A DNA stretch of 64,000 bases from the NCBI RefSeq assembly GCF_006345805.1, contig NC_043008.1, positions 310,001 through 374,000 on the forward strand. The letters run 5' to 3'. Within the stretch, counting starts at the first letter, position 1. Each line of letters opens with the position of its first letter. The DNA comes from Octopus sinensis (lineage: Eukaryota). Position numbers and translations under genes: made by a program. The notes below the pieces were generated by a model. It was not told the DNA's origin and ran no database searches. It worked only from the letters and a program-made list of their open reading frames with translations. Of the stretch, positions 13,451 to 27,768 are shown one piece after another.

Positions 13451-14859
13451 TATGTATGTCTGTCTGTCTGTCTGTCTGTATGTATGTATGTATACATAGA
13501 GATATAAACATAAATACACATATGTATAATGCTTGTGAATATTTACGATTATATGCGCATGCGCACTTTTGTGTTTATGTTTACAGGAATATAATTGAAT
13601 ATAACTTCAGAGACATAGCTTCGTATGTCAGGTTTCTACACGTATGAGGTTGTGTATATAACTATTCGTTTATGTGTATGTATGTGTGTGTGTGTGTTGG
13701 TATCGTGTGTGTACGTTTGTTATGTACCTCTTTGTGTATGTGTAAATGCATACATTTGTAAATATGTCAATATGTCATTTACAAACACACGCATGTATAT
13801 ATATGTTTATGTCTATATGCATGTATATTTAGTGTGAATATATATATATATATATATAATTTATATATATATATATATATATATAATATGCATGTGTGTG
13901 CGTGTGTGGATGTGCACGCGTGTGCATGGATGTATATATGTATGCATCTATGTATGTATAATATTTTTGTGTTTTATGTGAATGAATGTGTAAAAATACG
14001 TGTGTTTGTCGACGTCAGATAATTAACGACAGACTTAAAGTAACACCCATGCACACACACACAAACATGTATACACATATACTCATACAGACACGCACAT
14101 ACTCAAACACACACAAGCACACAAGTATACAAACACGCACACACACACACACACACACAGCACAACCACACATATGTACACACACTCACACAATTATAAA
14201 AAAATAACACATCAAAAATGCTGGGGAAAAAAACATAAATATCTGAATAAACATTTTAACTATAAAAGAATCCAGTTTGCTTAAAAGGTCACGATAATTT
14301 TGAGTGGAATTTGCACTTAGGTTTTTTCCTGTTAGGTCGTCTGCGATGTCAGCAGCCATTTAACAACTCTGGAATGTCTTAAAGAAAATAACTCCTCCTA
14401 CGCAACGGTCAATAAAGGGTCTATTCATAAAACACCCCCGGAAGTCATTATTGCCCTACCTCGTAAAAATGTGTCCTACATTGTATAGAGTTTGGAGACA
14501 TTACATGAAAAAGTTCTTCTGTTCTTCATGGATCTGAAGAAATGTTTTTACTTCCGTATGTAATGCACAACATATTGTTATATGGCTTTTATTTTGGAAT
14601 TTTGCTTTTCTTTTTTTCCTTTTCTATTTTTTTTTTCATCTCCTTTCAAGAGCAATGATTTGGTAGAGGCGAGATGCTAGAGGAAATAGTCTATGTGCAA
14701 CTAGGATACAGATTTTGGTTCTATTCTTTCCACTTCTCTGCTAGAAGCCCAAATGTTTGCTTTTCATAATTTTTGCTTTGAAGCTGGATTGAATTTCCCT
14801 TCCACACACGCACACACACACACATGCATATATGCACGCATACACGTACTTGACGCATT

Positions 14860-15280
14860 CCAGTGGAGCTACACGAAGAGAATAGACGTAAAACGGCAAA
14901 CTAGCTACAGGGAAAGGCTCAAAAGATTAAAAATTTACTCCTGAGAATAAAGGTAGGAAAGATATGTTGCGATATACATCTGGAAGACCTTGGAAATATT
15001 TACTCCAAAGACTTGCTCCAAACTTTGGTGTTGAAAGTTATGCAAACAACAGAACAAGACGCCATTACACAGGGCTTAAAATCCTGCCGTCAAATATCAG
15101 AACAAGTACTGAAACAGCTTGGGAATCAAGGGCCGACAGCTCTTCAGTGTCCTCCCGAAGGAGCTGAGAGACCTACATTGTGTATACGTAGATGTCTTCA
15201 AATCGATGCTGAACCTCCAACTGTCAACTGTTTCAGATGAGCCAGCATTGAGGCAGGAAGCGAGGATAAAGGCAGCAGCA
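14860..15280 (+). mobile_element. CR1/L2-group LINE ORF2 C-terminal remnant
   Basis: SYRERLKRLKIYS*E*R*ERYVAIYIWKTLE..PNFGV, a decayed form of the LSY.ERL..L.L.SLE.RR motif. Confidence 0.7.
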
Positions 15281-15281
15281 T

Positions 15282-15662
15282 CAGTGGAGGCGCAATGGCC
15301 TAATGATTAGGGCAGCGGAATCGCAGTCCGAGGATCGTGGTTTCGATTCCCAGGTCGGGCGTTGTGTGTGTTTATTGAGCGAAAACACTTAAAGCTCCAC
15401 GAGGCTCCGGCAGGAGGTGGTGGAGACCCCTGTTGTACTCTTTCGCCCCAACTTTCTCTCACTCTTTCTTCCTGTTTCTTGTCCCCGACTTCCTATGGAA
15501 TCGCAGGGTCTGGATGCGCATTCATCCATCCGTCGATGCTCTCGGTGTCGGGGGTTGACCTGCTTTCTCTTCTGCGGGTCTTACGAATAGCAAAGGACCA
15601 CGTTTCGGACTTCTCCCACTCTGGGACGAAGACCGCTTCGCCCAACAGCAACAGCAACAGCA
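15282..15662 (+). mobile_element. tRNA-derived SINE, family E
   Basis: tggcctaatgattagggc (A box), gtttcgattcc (B box), (CAACAG)n tail. Confidence 0.7.
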
Positions 15663-15760
15663 TCAAAGTCTCTCATTCACCCAACGCCACCAACTATAGC
15701 AGGAAGATTAATGAACCCGTTGCAACTCCTAATGTTGGTGTGACCCTGCGTGGCCGCAAC

Positions 15761-15915
15761 CCTTCAGCTTCCGTCTTCCAAAACCACTCACAAGGCTTTT
15801 GGTCGGTCCAATGCTATAGTACCAGACATTTGCCCACGGTGCCACGCAGTGGGACTGAACCTGGCACCATGTGGTTGGGAAGCAAGCTTCTTACCACACA
15901 GCCACGCCTGCGCCT
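15761..15915 (-). mobile_element. SINE family A, 5' half
   Basis: Reverse complement of aggcgcaggcgtggctgtgtggtaagaagcttgcttcccaaccacatgg.. Confidence 0.8.
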
Positions 15916-16306
15916 ATGTGTGTGTGTGTACGCGGGTGCGATGCGTGTGTACCCACATGCCAGCACGCATACTTTTTCCAAGGTTAACATAATTGGGTGA
16001 TGCAAACTATACCCAAACGGTTTCTCCTCATTTTCCCATATTTTCTCTGTTTGGTTTGTTTACACTTTTTTCTTTTCCCATTACCAATGACGAAACGCTC
16101 CATGGTCTCCTACAATGTCGACATGTCATTTGTATAACAGGACACGCCTGTCGGGGGGACCTTGTGAGTCAATTCAATTGCGTCGTGAGAAAGTATGATT
16201 CACATACCACACACACACGCACACACACATACACATATATAAATGTATATACATATATACATACATACATACATACATACATACTTACATACATATATAT
16301 ATATAC

Positions 16307-16357
<51 letters not shown>

Positions 16358-17342
16358 ATATACATGCATATATATATATATATATATAAATATATATACA
16401 TATATATACATACATATATACATGCACATATATATATATATATAATATATATATAAGTACATATATACAATTACGTATATGTGTGTGTATATATATATAT
16501 ATATATGTGTGTATGAATGTGTATATGTATGTCATTGTATATATTATGTGCATGTTAGCTTATGTGGTACTCAGCACGCTCTTATGTGTGAGGGGAAGGC
16601 GAGGTGATGGTGCGGTTTTTTTTTGGGGGGGGGTTTACTTTTTTACAAGTGTCACTCCTACAGAAGCTGCAAGAGCAATTCTCACGCCTGATTCGCCAAG
16701 AGAAGCATGACATAGAAAAAAAAAAGAGGAAGAAAAACAGAGAAATTATCAGCCCATCTGAGAACCGACAAACATCATCTGACGATCATCATACGATGTC
16801 TGTTATTATGGCATTCATAATAAAAGCGCCTTACAGTCTGAGTTCAAATTCCGCCGAAGTCGACTTTGCCTTTCATCATTTCGAACTCGATAAAATAAAT
16901 GCCAGTTGAATACTGAATTCGATTTAATCGATTTATCCCTTTGCTTCAAATTGCTGGCCTTGTGCCAAAATTTGAAACTATTATTATAGGCTCTCGTACA
17001 TAATCAGCTTTGTTTCTGCTTACTTACAACACAATGTCCAAATAATATTCCAATTTCAACGAAGATTTTTTTTTAAATGTGTTTAAAGTAAGTGTTGTAC
17101 TTCGTTTAAATATTCTGTTTCGGAAATTATCCTTATAACGCCCCACTCACATTTTTCGATACACTGCGGGCTTAAAATGTCCATAAGGTGGTGATGGGCG
17201 CTCTACAGCTCGGATGAAAAGCCGATCCTTTAAACATTTTAATCAGCCATATCGAGCCAAAATGTTCTACTTGTTTTATGTTCAAACTGGCCAGCTTTTT
17301 TCACCTGTCCCACAATGGAATTAAGAAAATGAACAATCACAT

Positions 17343-17788
17343 ATGTAAGGACACAGATCTTGTCCTATAGCCAGCTGGAGACGATGTTTCCTGGGGCTAA
17401 ATTACAGCAATATTTGTCCTAAGTTATTTTCTCTTTTATAGATCAGTGACTAGTTGTCATTTTGAAAACTATATATTTCGAACGGGTATTTGGCAGCGCC
17501 ACCTCTAGCCGAACAATTATTCTGTGTTGATGAAGGGAAATATCCCGGAAATCGCGATACATAGATATTGTTTTGAGCTGAGTTGGGGTGCTAGATTCCC
17601 TTGTTCGAAAATATAAGGACACAGATCGTGTCGTGCAGCCAGCTGGAGACGATGTCTCCTGGGACTAAATTACTGCAACATTCGTCCTAAACCAGGACTG
17701 CCATGTTATGTTGGCAAACAATCTTTACTCCAAAGTACTGTTGCTGAATATCTCTCGTTGTGAGATTTACAAATAGTAATTTCCTAAA
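17343..17788 (+). mobile_element. Hammerhead-bearing retroelement insertion with internal direct repeat and 12-bp TSD
   Basis: TSD gaacaatcacat at 17331-17342 and 17789-17800. A ~77-bp direct repeat at 17346-17422 and 17614-17690. Hammerhead motif at 17521-17565. Confidence 0.7.
17521..17565 (+). ncRNA. Type I minimal hammerhead ribozyme motif (C3U variant)
   Basis: UCUGUG-UUGAUGA-aGGGAaauaUCCCg-GAAAU-cgcg-AUA-CAUAGA. Stem III AUCGCGAU is palindromic. Confidence 0.7.
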
Positions 17789-19247
17789 GAACAATCACAT
17801 CATCAAAACCTCGCAACTGCAAGATTAAATTACAACAATGTGAATACATAAGCATTAGAGTTGACAAAGTAATGTGAATGTTAAAGGACAAATATTTGTT
17901 TCCAAGCCCTTGGCAACAAGTTATATTCCTCAACAGCTAATCATGCTGGTTTCAGTTTATGGGGATATATTAGTTGTGGTGTTCATTTGTTTACCAAAGG
18001 TATGTGTTAACGGGTTTACAACGACCAGTAATCGAATCAAAATTGCTCACTGTTTATCTATTTATGTGAAATGTCTGTAATTTATAGGAGACTTATTGAA
18101 ATGCGCATGCGTAATATTTTCAAACAGGCAGTGAATTGACAAGATGTTAAAGCATCAGATAAAATAAAATGCATTGGGACGTTCGTACCAGGTCTAAACA
18201 CTGATTTCTATTCGCACTAAGGTCAACTGTACTTTTCTGTCGTTCAGAGAGGAGGAATGACGTACCAGTTCATGACTGTGGAATGGTGAAATTGTTAGAG
18301 CTTTGGGCAAGGTGTCCTGGCTCTGTGTTTCCTGAGTTCAATTTCTGCTCAGGTGCCAATGAAACATTGTTAATGATATAAATCTACAGTTAGCCAATAT
18401 GGACAAATAGTCTCACATCTAGCATAGCTGTGGTAGCAACTATAGATCAGCAACAGCTAAATGGGAATAGCATAGTTGGACACCGCGTTTGATGGCAATG
18501 GCATACAAAGATGCAGCCTACTTTCAGCAGCGAATATCCAGAAAAACTATTTTGTGCATTAAAGATGTAAAGCTTAAATCATGTCGCATACGAGAACCGG
18601 AGTAATTATTTTGAGAGAATTTTTTTGGCAAAATTGCATCTTCTATGCCATCAAATAAGGTATTGTTTAATCTCTTTGATGCATCATCCACTTCGTCCTT
18701 TTGTTTAAGATGGTCGGATATAAAGTGAGGGAGATTTGATTGCTTTTTCTAGCTGGTTAAGTCGCCATGTAGAAAGAGATGTTACTTCAATTTTGTTGTT
18801 TTCAGTGTTGGTAACTTTTGCAGTTCGTGTTGTTACTATTGTTTTTGATGTTGTTCTTATTGTTGCTGTGGTGGTTGTTTTTAAAGATGTAGCTAATAAT
18901 GTTGCTATGTCAACCGCCACCATCAGCATGCACACCCAAATTTACGCCATTTTGAAATCAAATCCGAACAATTATACGTCAACTTCAAATTATTTCACAC
19001 CCACAAAAAGTGGCCTTAAAGTTCCGGTGGTGGGTGGTAATAACGGTGGTTATAGTTTTGCAAATGATATTATTGGTGGCGGTGGGGGGAGTTATTCCTA
19101 ATGATTGTGGTGGTAGTGGTGGTGGTGATGGTATTTATTGGATGTTAGGTATAGTAGTTTTCGCTTAAACGCCCTTCACTCAGGAAGTGCCTCACTTTTC
19201 AACGTTGCAATTTATTTCCAATTTCAAAACTATTATTTTTAAAATAA

Positions 19248-19297
<50 letters not shown>

Positions 19298-19315
19298 TAT
19301 TATTATTATTATTAT

Positions 19316-20095
19316 AGCGGTCAGTTGGTAGAAACGTTAGTACACCGGGCGAAATGCTTAGCAGTATTCCGTCTGCCGTTACGTTCTGAGTTCAAATTCC
19401 GCCGAGGTGGACTTTCCCTTTCATCCTTTCGGGGTCGATTAAATAAGTACTAGTTGCGCACTGAGGTCGATATAATCGACTTAATCCGTTTTTCTGTCCT
19501 TGCTTGTCCTCTGTGTTTAGCCCCCTATGGGTAGTAAAGAAATAGGTATTTCTTCCGTCTTTACGTTTTGAGTTCAAATTCCTCCCAAGTCGACATTGCT
19601 TTTCACCTTTTTGGTATAAGATGAGATCGATGTAATCGTCTTTCACTCCACCCCACAAAAATTGCTGACCTTGTGCCAAAATTATTATTATTATTATTAA
19701 GGTGGCGAGCTGGCAGAATCGTTAGTACGCCGGGCGAAATGTTTAAATGATATTTCGTCTGTCGCTATGTCCTGAGATCAAATTCCGCCGAGTTCGACCT
19801 TGCCTGTCACCCTTTTGGGGTCGATAAATTAAGTACCAGTGAAAAACTGGGTCGATGTAATCGATTTAACACCCCACTCACCCCAATAAATTTCAGGCCT
19901 TGTGCCTAGAATAGAAAGGATTATCATTACTATTACTAGAGTGCCGAGAAGGCAGAATGTTTAGCAAGCCGGCTAAAATGCTTAGTGACATTTCGTCCGC
20001 CTTTAAGTTCTGAGTTCAAATGCCGCCGAAGTCGACTTAGCTTTTTATTCTTTCGAGGTCAATAACATTAGTACCAGTTAATTACAGGGCTCAAT
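19316..20095 (+). mobile_element. Head-to-tail cluster of SINE family B (Meta-domain-like) in (TTA)n
   Basis: Three units starting ggcg(a)gctggcagaa..gccgggcgaaatg, each with gagttcaaattccgccgaggtcgactttgcctttcatcctttcggggtcgat..aagtacc. Confidence 0.75.
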
Positions 20096-21093
20096 GTAAT
20101 CTTCTCTCTGTTGTTTTTAATCTGCCATACTTGCACCCCCCTTGGGGTGTCCATCGGAGGTTCTGCATTGTAACGTTGGAGACAGATTTTTGAAGGGTGT
20201 CTTTCAACGAACATAATTTTCTTCTCTTTATCTGGATTGCTGGAGAGACATCATACTCCATCCCCCGAAAGGTGTCAAATCGAGTACTCCTTAAAAGGAT
20301 GAATGATGAGATGGACAAACTTTTACAAGTGCTTAAACACTCACCTCTTAATTCTCTGACATCTTCCAATAATAACGATTCTACCAATGTTATTTTTAAA
20401 ATAACCTTTGCTTCGCATGATTCTTTGCTCGGGTTTCCTCAATCTCTTTTCTTTACTTTTCATGAATACATGAATACGCCAAAGCCATCTGCATTTTATT
20501 CTTCATAGAATTCTTGTCTAAAATTAAATCAGACCTGAAGCAGTGTTCGAAATCTTAGAATTAGTTTGCATTCTTTGTTCATAGATATAGTAGCTTTTAT
20601 TCATAGCCTTCATCTTTGCTTTCCATTTGCTATTGATGAGAGAGAATCCTAAATGTACTTCTACTGCTTCACTGGGCGTACAGCGAGGAATATTATCACG
20701 TTTCCTGACACATAATCTTTCTCTATGAATATTCTATACCGTGACCACCCATAAGGAATTTATTCAATTATTCTGAGCTTTTATTCTTATACCTCCTTCA
20801 CACATCCACTCAAACTCTGCATACCATAGCACACGCCTACACACAGCTGCATATGCCTGCATATATCTTTCCTATTATAGCACATTGCTGTGCATATACT
20901 TGCAAACAATTGCACACGAACACATGCACGATTTCAAAAATCTTGTAACTGCACACAATTGCATGTAAATATGCACAATTGCAAACGTATATACACTTGC
21001 ACACAGCGACAAACATTTGCATATTAAACATATTCGAAACTGCACACAAGACCACTCAGATGTATAAAGCTGTACACGATTACACGCACTTGA

Positions 21094-21208
21094 TTCCGGG
21101 TTCAATCCCACTGCGTGGCACCTTGGGCAAGTGTCTCCTACCATAGCCTCTGGCCGATCAATGCCTTGTGAATGGATTTGGTAAAAGGAAACTGAAAGAA
21201 GCCCGCCG

Positions 21209-21210
<2 letters not shown>
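21094..21210 (+). mobile_element. SINE family A, partial
   Basis: ttccgggttcaatcccactgcgtggcaccttgggcaagtg..gaaactgaaagaagcccg. Confidence 0.75.
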
Positions 21211-21239
<29 letters not shown>

Positions 21240-21267
21240 ATATTATATATATTATATATATATATAA

Positions 21268-21310
<43 letters not shown>

Positions 21311-21546
21311 GATATATATATAGATATGTTGTGTGTGCTAAGTCACTTCAGGGTCATGATTTAGAAAAGACGAAATTCCGTGTCAAAGGAAAGGCAAAAT
21401 TTAGTAATTCTGCAATGGACTTGCGTCCCATCCAGGTGGGTAATTTATACGCCATGAAACCGAGAAGGTGACTCTCTTGAGTCGGTGTGACTCGAGAAAG
21501 TAGATTTAACTTTAACTTTAGTCTGCGCAACTCAAAGCTGGTGTAG

Positions 21547-21608
<62 letters not shown>

Positions 21609-22671
21609 TCTCTCTTTCTGTCTCTATCAATCCATTTCTCTCCTGGAAGTGCCGCTTGGTCAAAAAGTGCGAGTATCGAGAGGATGTTCGTTGGCGACTA
21701 CAAGGGCACCTAAAACAATTAACGAAAGCAGGGTACATGTTATCAAGCCATACTTCTTCGCAGATGACGGTTTGCTCTTAATTTTGGTTTCCTTGCAATA
21801 TATTTCTTTTGTTGTCTATTATTTCAATATTGTATTTTTACTTGTAAACGTATATCGTGAAATATAACTATTGGATTATATTCGACATTTATCACCTCTG
21901 TTTTAGCTACAATAAGTCACATATTACCTCTTTATTTAATCTTATGAGCCTCATATTACCTCTGTAATGCCTTCAGTAAGCTATTCATTTCTCCCTAAGG
22001 ATTCTCTTTTCTCTATTATACAACTCCCTTTTCTCCAGTTTCAAGTGTGACATTTGTTGCTGCACTTTCACCAAAAGGACACAGTTCTTTCCCCTGTTCT
22101 TCAGGCAGTTCTACTTCACTCCCACATTTGCAATATCGAATAACACGTCCTTTTCTCGTTTGCTTTCTTCTCTAATCTCCCCATCGTCATCTTCTCACGC
22201 AAAGTGATCTTGTCGTATCGTTGAGATTTTATCAATATTCTTTCTATATTTCAATACATTGTTTCCTGGTATATTTTGTTGAATCTAATCACAAACTCCA
22301 TCATCGGAACCGTTCTATAATTTAAAGGCCTTCCTGAAATTTCTTTTAAACGGTTCTAGATAATTCAAACTTATCGTTCAAAATTTCGAAATGAAGTGTT
22401 TTCGTGTCGTAATGAAATCCCAGATAACATATTTTGTCTGTTTCTTTTCACCTAGCTGTCAAAGCTAATTGCGTGACGCTGTACCACATTCTAATAAGAG
22501 AATAATTATCGCTTGCTAAAACCGGTGTCATCTAGACACCTATTTATTTCTTCTGCTCGTTAAATACGTCCAATATCAGATATCACAGACACTAGGATCA
22601 GATACACCCATACACTTTGACGACTCATGTATATGTATATATATATATCTGTGTGTGTGTGTGTGTGTATG

Positions 22672-22713
<42 letters not shown>

Positions 22714-22806
22714 GTGTAATAAATAAACTATATGCATACATACAAACATATATGTACGTATATATGTATATATATTATATTATATATATATATATATGTA
22801 TGTATG

Positions 22807-22858
<52 letters not shown>

Positions 22859-23430
22859 CATACATATATATATAGATATATATATATATAGTATATAATA
22901 TATATATATATATATATATAATATATCATATAATGCATGTATGTATGTATGTACATGTATATATGTATGTCTATATAAACATAGAACAAGGATGCGTTAT
23001 ATCCTGATCATTCTGATTGTAGCAGAAATCTTCACATTCTGACGATGGCACCAATCTCCCTTAATGATGCCATTATCTTTTAAACAATTAATTTATCAAG
23101 AAATGGTATTCGCAATCACCAACACATCGTTCAAAATGGTCGTTTTTTATTAACTCAGTCATACATTGTTTTTTCTGAATATCTTTCACGCTATGTTCAG
23201 ACATAGGATAGATTGGTTGTTCTTTGACTTAAGAAGGAACAAGGTACAACATATTTATAACCATAGTTTGCAGTTGAAAAACATATTTTTAATACATTAC
23301 CGGACCTCTTATCCGGTATTGTACAACACCAGTTGTCAGGCGATGCTAAACACGAAGGTACATACATACATACATACATACATACATACATACATACATA
23401 CATACATACATACATACATACATACATACA

Positions 23431-23461
<31 letters not shown>

Positions 23462-23476
23462 GCACCCCCTCGTCTG

Positions 23477-23683
23477 TACGAAGAGGTGGTGAAAAAGTTT
23501 CTGGCTGTAAGGATGTCGCGAAAAGCCTGGCTGGAGGCCCAACCTTCCGAGTTCTTTAACAGGGCTTACAAAAACTGAAGGACCAGTGTAAAAAGTTTGT
23601 GAATCTGAGAGGGGAATATATTGGTCAAAAACATAACTGATTCTCCGATATTTTTCTTTTACCCAAACCAGCAACCCCTCGTA
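23477..23683 (+). mobile_element. Mariner-derived MITE, copy 4
   Basis: tacgaagaggtggtgaaaaagtttctggct ... cccctcgta; interior translates AWLEAQPSEFF. Confidence 0.75.
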
Positions 23684-24394
23684 TATTCATACGTATTCAC
23701 TCATAAGGCTTTTGTTGGCCCGATGCTAGGGTAAAAAGGTACTTGGCCAAAGTAGCACGCAATAGAACTGAACACTGCACCATACGGTTGGAAAGCAAGC
23801 TTCTTACTACACAGCCACGCCTGCTTATCGTTAATTCATTAATTGTTATTTTTTAAATATATTTCCGTCTCTCAGTTTCTCTCTTTCACTCCAGCTACTT
23901 TCGTCTTCCTTTTCCTATCCTTCAATATCCCTCTTTCTTTCCTTCTTTCTTCCTTTCTGTGTCTCCCCCCCCCTCTCTCTCTCACCCACACGTTCACTAT
24001 CCTCTCACTTGTTTTTCTTGAATTCTTTGTAATATCCATTATTATTAGCTGCAGTTTGAGCAAGTATCTCCCATTCTAACCGCAGGTCGACCAACACCTT
24101 GTGACTGCATTTTGCAAATGGAAACTGTGTGGAAATTTGTCGAATATCTATGTGCGTCTGTGTTTCTGTTACTTTATCACCCCACCGCTAGACAAGCGGC
24201 GTCGATTTGTTTACAGCAAAGCAGACCATTAAAAAAAGACCAGATTTTAAAAAGGATAAGTACCGGTGTTGATTTGCTTGACTAAAATACTTCAACAAAC
24301 ACACACACAGTTAGAGATAGATAGATAGATATAGGATAGATGATAGATAGATAGATAGATAGAGATAGATAGATAGATAGATAGAGAGATAGAG

Positions 24395-24479
<85 letters not shown>

Positions 24480-24518
24480 GATAGATTGATAGATGGATAG
24501 ATAGATTAGATTGATGAT

Positions 24519-24633
<115 letters not shown>

Positions 24634-24649
24634 GATAGATATGTGTGTG

Positions 24650-24820
24650 TAGCCACTACACATTCTTTATTTTCTCTCCTTGTTTCATTCTGTGTTCCTT
24701 TCTGTGAAGAGCGTAGGCTCGAAACGTTAAAGACTTTTTCACTTCCCGAGCGTTATACTAATACATTTGTTTGTTGTCTACACCACCTGTCTTCGTCTTT
24801 TTTTTTGTGAATTCTCCCTA
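24650..24820 (+). mobile_element. Short pLTR-like element, family H (degenerate hammerhead at 24698-24732)
   Basis: CUUU-CUGUGA-aGAGCguagGCUC-GAAAC-GUU-AAAG. Minus-strand homologues at ~35650-35830, ~40760-40930 and ~43405-43590. Confidence 0.6.
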
Positions 24821-24856
24821 TATATATATGTATATATATACATATATATATATAAT

Positions 24857-24887
<31 letters not shown>

Positions 24888-26089
24888 TAATACAATACAA
24901 TATTATTTTCCAGCGAAACAAAGCGAAACAAATGGTACCTTGTTGTGCCTCTATTTCCTGTTTATATATATATATGTATATATTTACATAACAATGCATG
25001 TGTATATATTTATGTGTGTGTTTGTGGGCGCGCGTATGTGCGTGAGTGTACGCGTAGCTTGCTTTTACTTGTTCACATTACAGCTTCAAGTTCCCCAATT
25101 AAATGGCTCCTCAGATAAAGTAAAGAGTGTTAGATATTCTCACTCATATATCAAGATAATATATCATTTTAAAAAATCGCTTATAATTCAATAGTTATGT
25201 TTCGAATTTTCAAACACTAGATGTCAGTAGGCGTCGTGTTCTAGAATGATGTGCGGTATTTGTTCGTGTCTGTTTGTGTATGTGTGCATGTATGTGTGTG
25301 TGTTTGTGTTTAACTATTCTAATGATACTTAACTTGTGGATTAAATAAGATATTTTTTGCAATCGAGTTGATACAAAAAGTTAAACGTACGCCATATGTG
25401 TAGTTGATATGAAAAAGATAGAAGAGTTTTTTAAGGGAAGCCATTCCATCGCTATTGTAATCTCTAAGGCATTAAAAAAAATTAATGTTGTTCTTTATCG
25501 ATATTTTAGGATTTCTCTATTCTTTTCAATACATTTCGATAGTTACATTATGGTATTTAAAATACATTCCGATAGATAACATTGTTCTATCTAAAAGGGT
25601 ATTTCTGCTTATGAGGGCAAAAAAAAAAATATTAGTATTGTATTTTAAAATTAAGATTTTCTTAATGATGAATACCATAAAAATGTAAGTGGTTACTGTT
25701 ATAGGATATTGTTTTTTTGTTTTTCTAAAAGAAGCCAACTGATACTCTATGCCACATTATTGTTTTTCAAAATCCAGACATGTTTCGCTAGGCTTTAATC
25801 TAATCATTTATCTGGCCTTCGAAATGTTGCTGATTATATCTGATCTTAAATTGATTAGCTGTCATTCCACAGAAATCTCTTCCATTCGGATTAATGTTAC
25901 ATGTGACAGTGGCTCTGTAGATAACTGTTATTTCTAGATAATTGCTATTGACTGGACGCGCTTTTCTTTTAAAAGGAAATAGTATTTTGGAGCGTTAACA
26001 TTTTTCTACGCTCTGGCAATTTAAATTATTCATTAATATATGATCGGGTATTAGCGAAGTTTGTTAGTGTAAATGATTTTGTATATGTA

Positions 26090-26385
26090 AGACGCATAGC
26101 CTAGTGGTTAGGGTATTGTATTTACGATCGCTAGATCGTGGTTTCAATTCCTAGACCGGGTGGCGTGTTGTGTTCTTGGGCGAAACACTTCCACTCACGT
26201 TACTGTAGGCTCACTTCTACACTTGACTCGTAATACACTGTACACCTGTTCAAACAACATCAATCTGTTGGAGAATGTGAGCTAATGTATAGCACATACA
26301 TTTGATCACTATAAAATCATTTGTGCAGGTCATTCGGCAAAGTCTGAGCTCTTATTCGTCGTCTTCGACGGCAGAGTCTATCATA
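26090..26385 (+). mobile_element. tRNA-derived SINE, family F
   Basis: tagcctagtggttaggg (A box), gtttcaattcc (B box). 3' part matches the reverse complement of 56776-56970. Confidence 0.65.
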
Positions 26386-26489
26386 TATATATTTTATATT
26401 CAACAATTCATTTATTCAATAAGAAAATCAATACTCATTTCATTTTACTATATATATATATATAATATATATATATATATATAATATAT

Positions 26490-26543
<54 letters not shown>

Positions 26544-26704
26544 ATATATATATTATATTATTTGTACTATATATTCTATATTCTACATTAATATTATAAA
26601 GAATATAAATAAAACATAAAAAACAGCTGAATTTCTTTGAATAATTTATATCCCTCTATAGAGAATCATACAAACCCCTTTATATATATATATATATATA
26701 TATA

Positions 26705-26745
<41 letters not shown>

Positions 26746-26907
26746 AAATCAAATTGCGATAAAATAAAAATAATTATAATCGCTGGTATTACTAACACAA
26801 GCCATATATTTCATATATCAGTACATTAAGGCGAAATATGTGCTAGGAATACAGAAGCTTGATAAATTAAGTGAAATAAAGATAAAAACATTTACTAAAC
26901 CGGTAAT

Positions 26908-26979
26908 TCTCAGACTGCAGTTTCTTTCTTTTCAGCAATAAAGATAATTTATTTGCTCAGGGAGAATTCTTCAGTGAGA
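26908..26979 (-). ncRNA. Type I hammerhead ribozyme, array unit 1
   Basis: UCUCA-CUGAAGA-aUUCUcccugAGCAaAUAAAuuaucUUUAUUGCUgaaaAGAAa-GAAAC-ugca-GUC-UGAGA. Confidence 0.85.
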
Positions 26980-27302
26980 CCCTGTTTTTCTGGGATCCTA
27001 ACTCACTAGAAGCATGTGCGTCTAATGATTTACTCTCCCTAACTACTCATATCACTGCGCAGACTCCAAACGTCCCGACAAAACTAGGGAATTCTGGTAT
27101 ATCGCCTGGCGCTCATAATTTATCGAGAAATATGTAAACAAATCAAATTGCGATAAAATAAAAATAATTATAATCGCTGGTATTACTAACACAAGCCATA
27201 TATTTCTCATATATCAGTACATTAAGGCGAAATATGTGCTAGGAATACAGAGCTTGATAAATTAAGTGAAATGAAGATAAAAACATTTACTAAACCGGTA
27301 AT

Positions 27303-27372
27303 TCTCAGACTGCAGTTTCTTCTTTCAGCAATAAAGATAATTTATTTGCTCAGGGAGAATTCTTCAGTGAGA
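27303..27372 (-). ncRNA. Type I hammerhead ribozyme, array unit 2
   Basis: Same motif, 2 nt shorter on the 3' side of stem II. Confidence 0.8.
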
Positions 27373-27696
27373 CCCTGTTTTTTCTGGGATCCTAACTCAC
27401 TAGAAGCATGTGCGTCTAATGATTTACTCTCCCTAACTAATCATATCACTGCGCAGACTCCAAACGTCCCGACAAAACTAGGGAATTCTGGTATATCACC
27501 TGGCGCTCATAATTTATCGAGAAATATGTAAACAAATCAATTGCGATAAAATAAAAATAATTATAATCGCTGGTATTACTAACACAAGCCATATATTTCT
27601 CATATATCAGTACATTAAGGCGAAATATGTGCTAGGAATACAGAAGCTTGATAAATTAAGTGAAATGAAGATAAAAACATTTACTAAACCGGTAAT

Positions 27697-27768
27697 TCTC
27701 AGACTCCAGTTTCTTTCTTTTCAGCAATAAAGATAATTTATTTGCTCAGGGAGAATTCTTCAGTGAGA
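27697..27768 (-). ncRNA. Type I hammerhead ribozyme, array unit 3
   Basis: Same motif; stem III loop variant ACUGGAGU. Confidence 0.8.

Noticed and set aside
15362-16000. 212-aa ORF
   Set aside because: Runs through two different SINEs; a chance open frame.
17490-17512. CTCF-like site cagcgccacctctag
   Set aside because: A single partial match inside a mobile insert; not supportable from sequence alone.
20091-20387. Possible decayed RT fragment (FDT...TPQGG spacing)
   Set aside because: Only two short motif resemblances; would need a profile HMM search to support.
27271-27531. 86-aa ORF in the 395-bp array
   Set aside because: Open only in a unit with homopolymer indels and not conserved across units.
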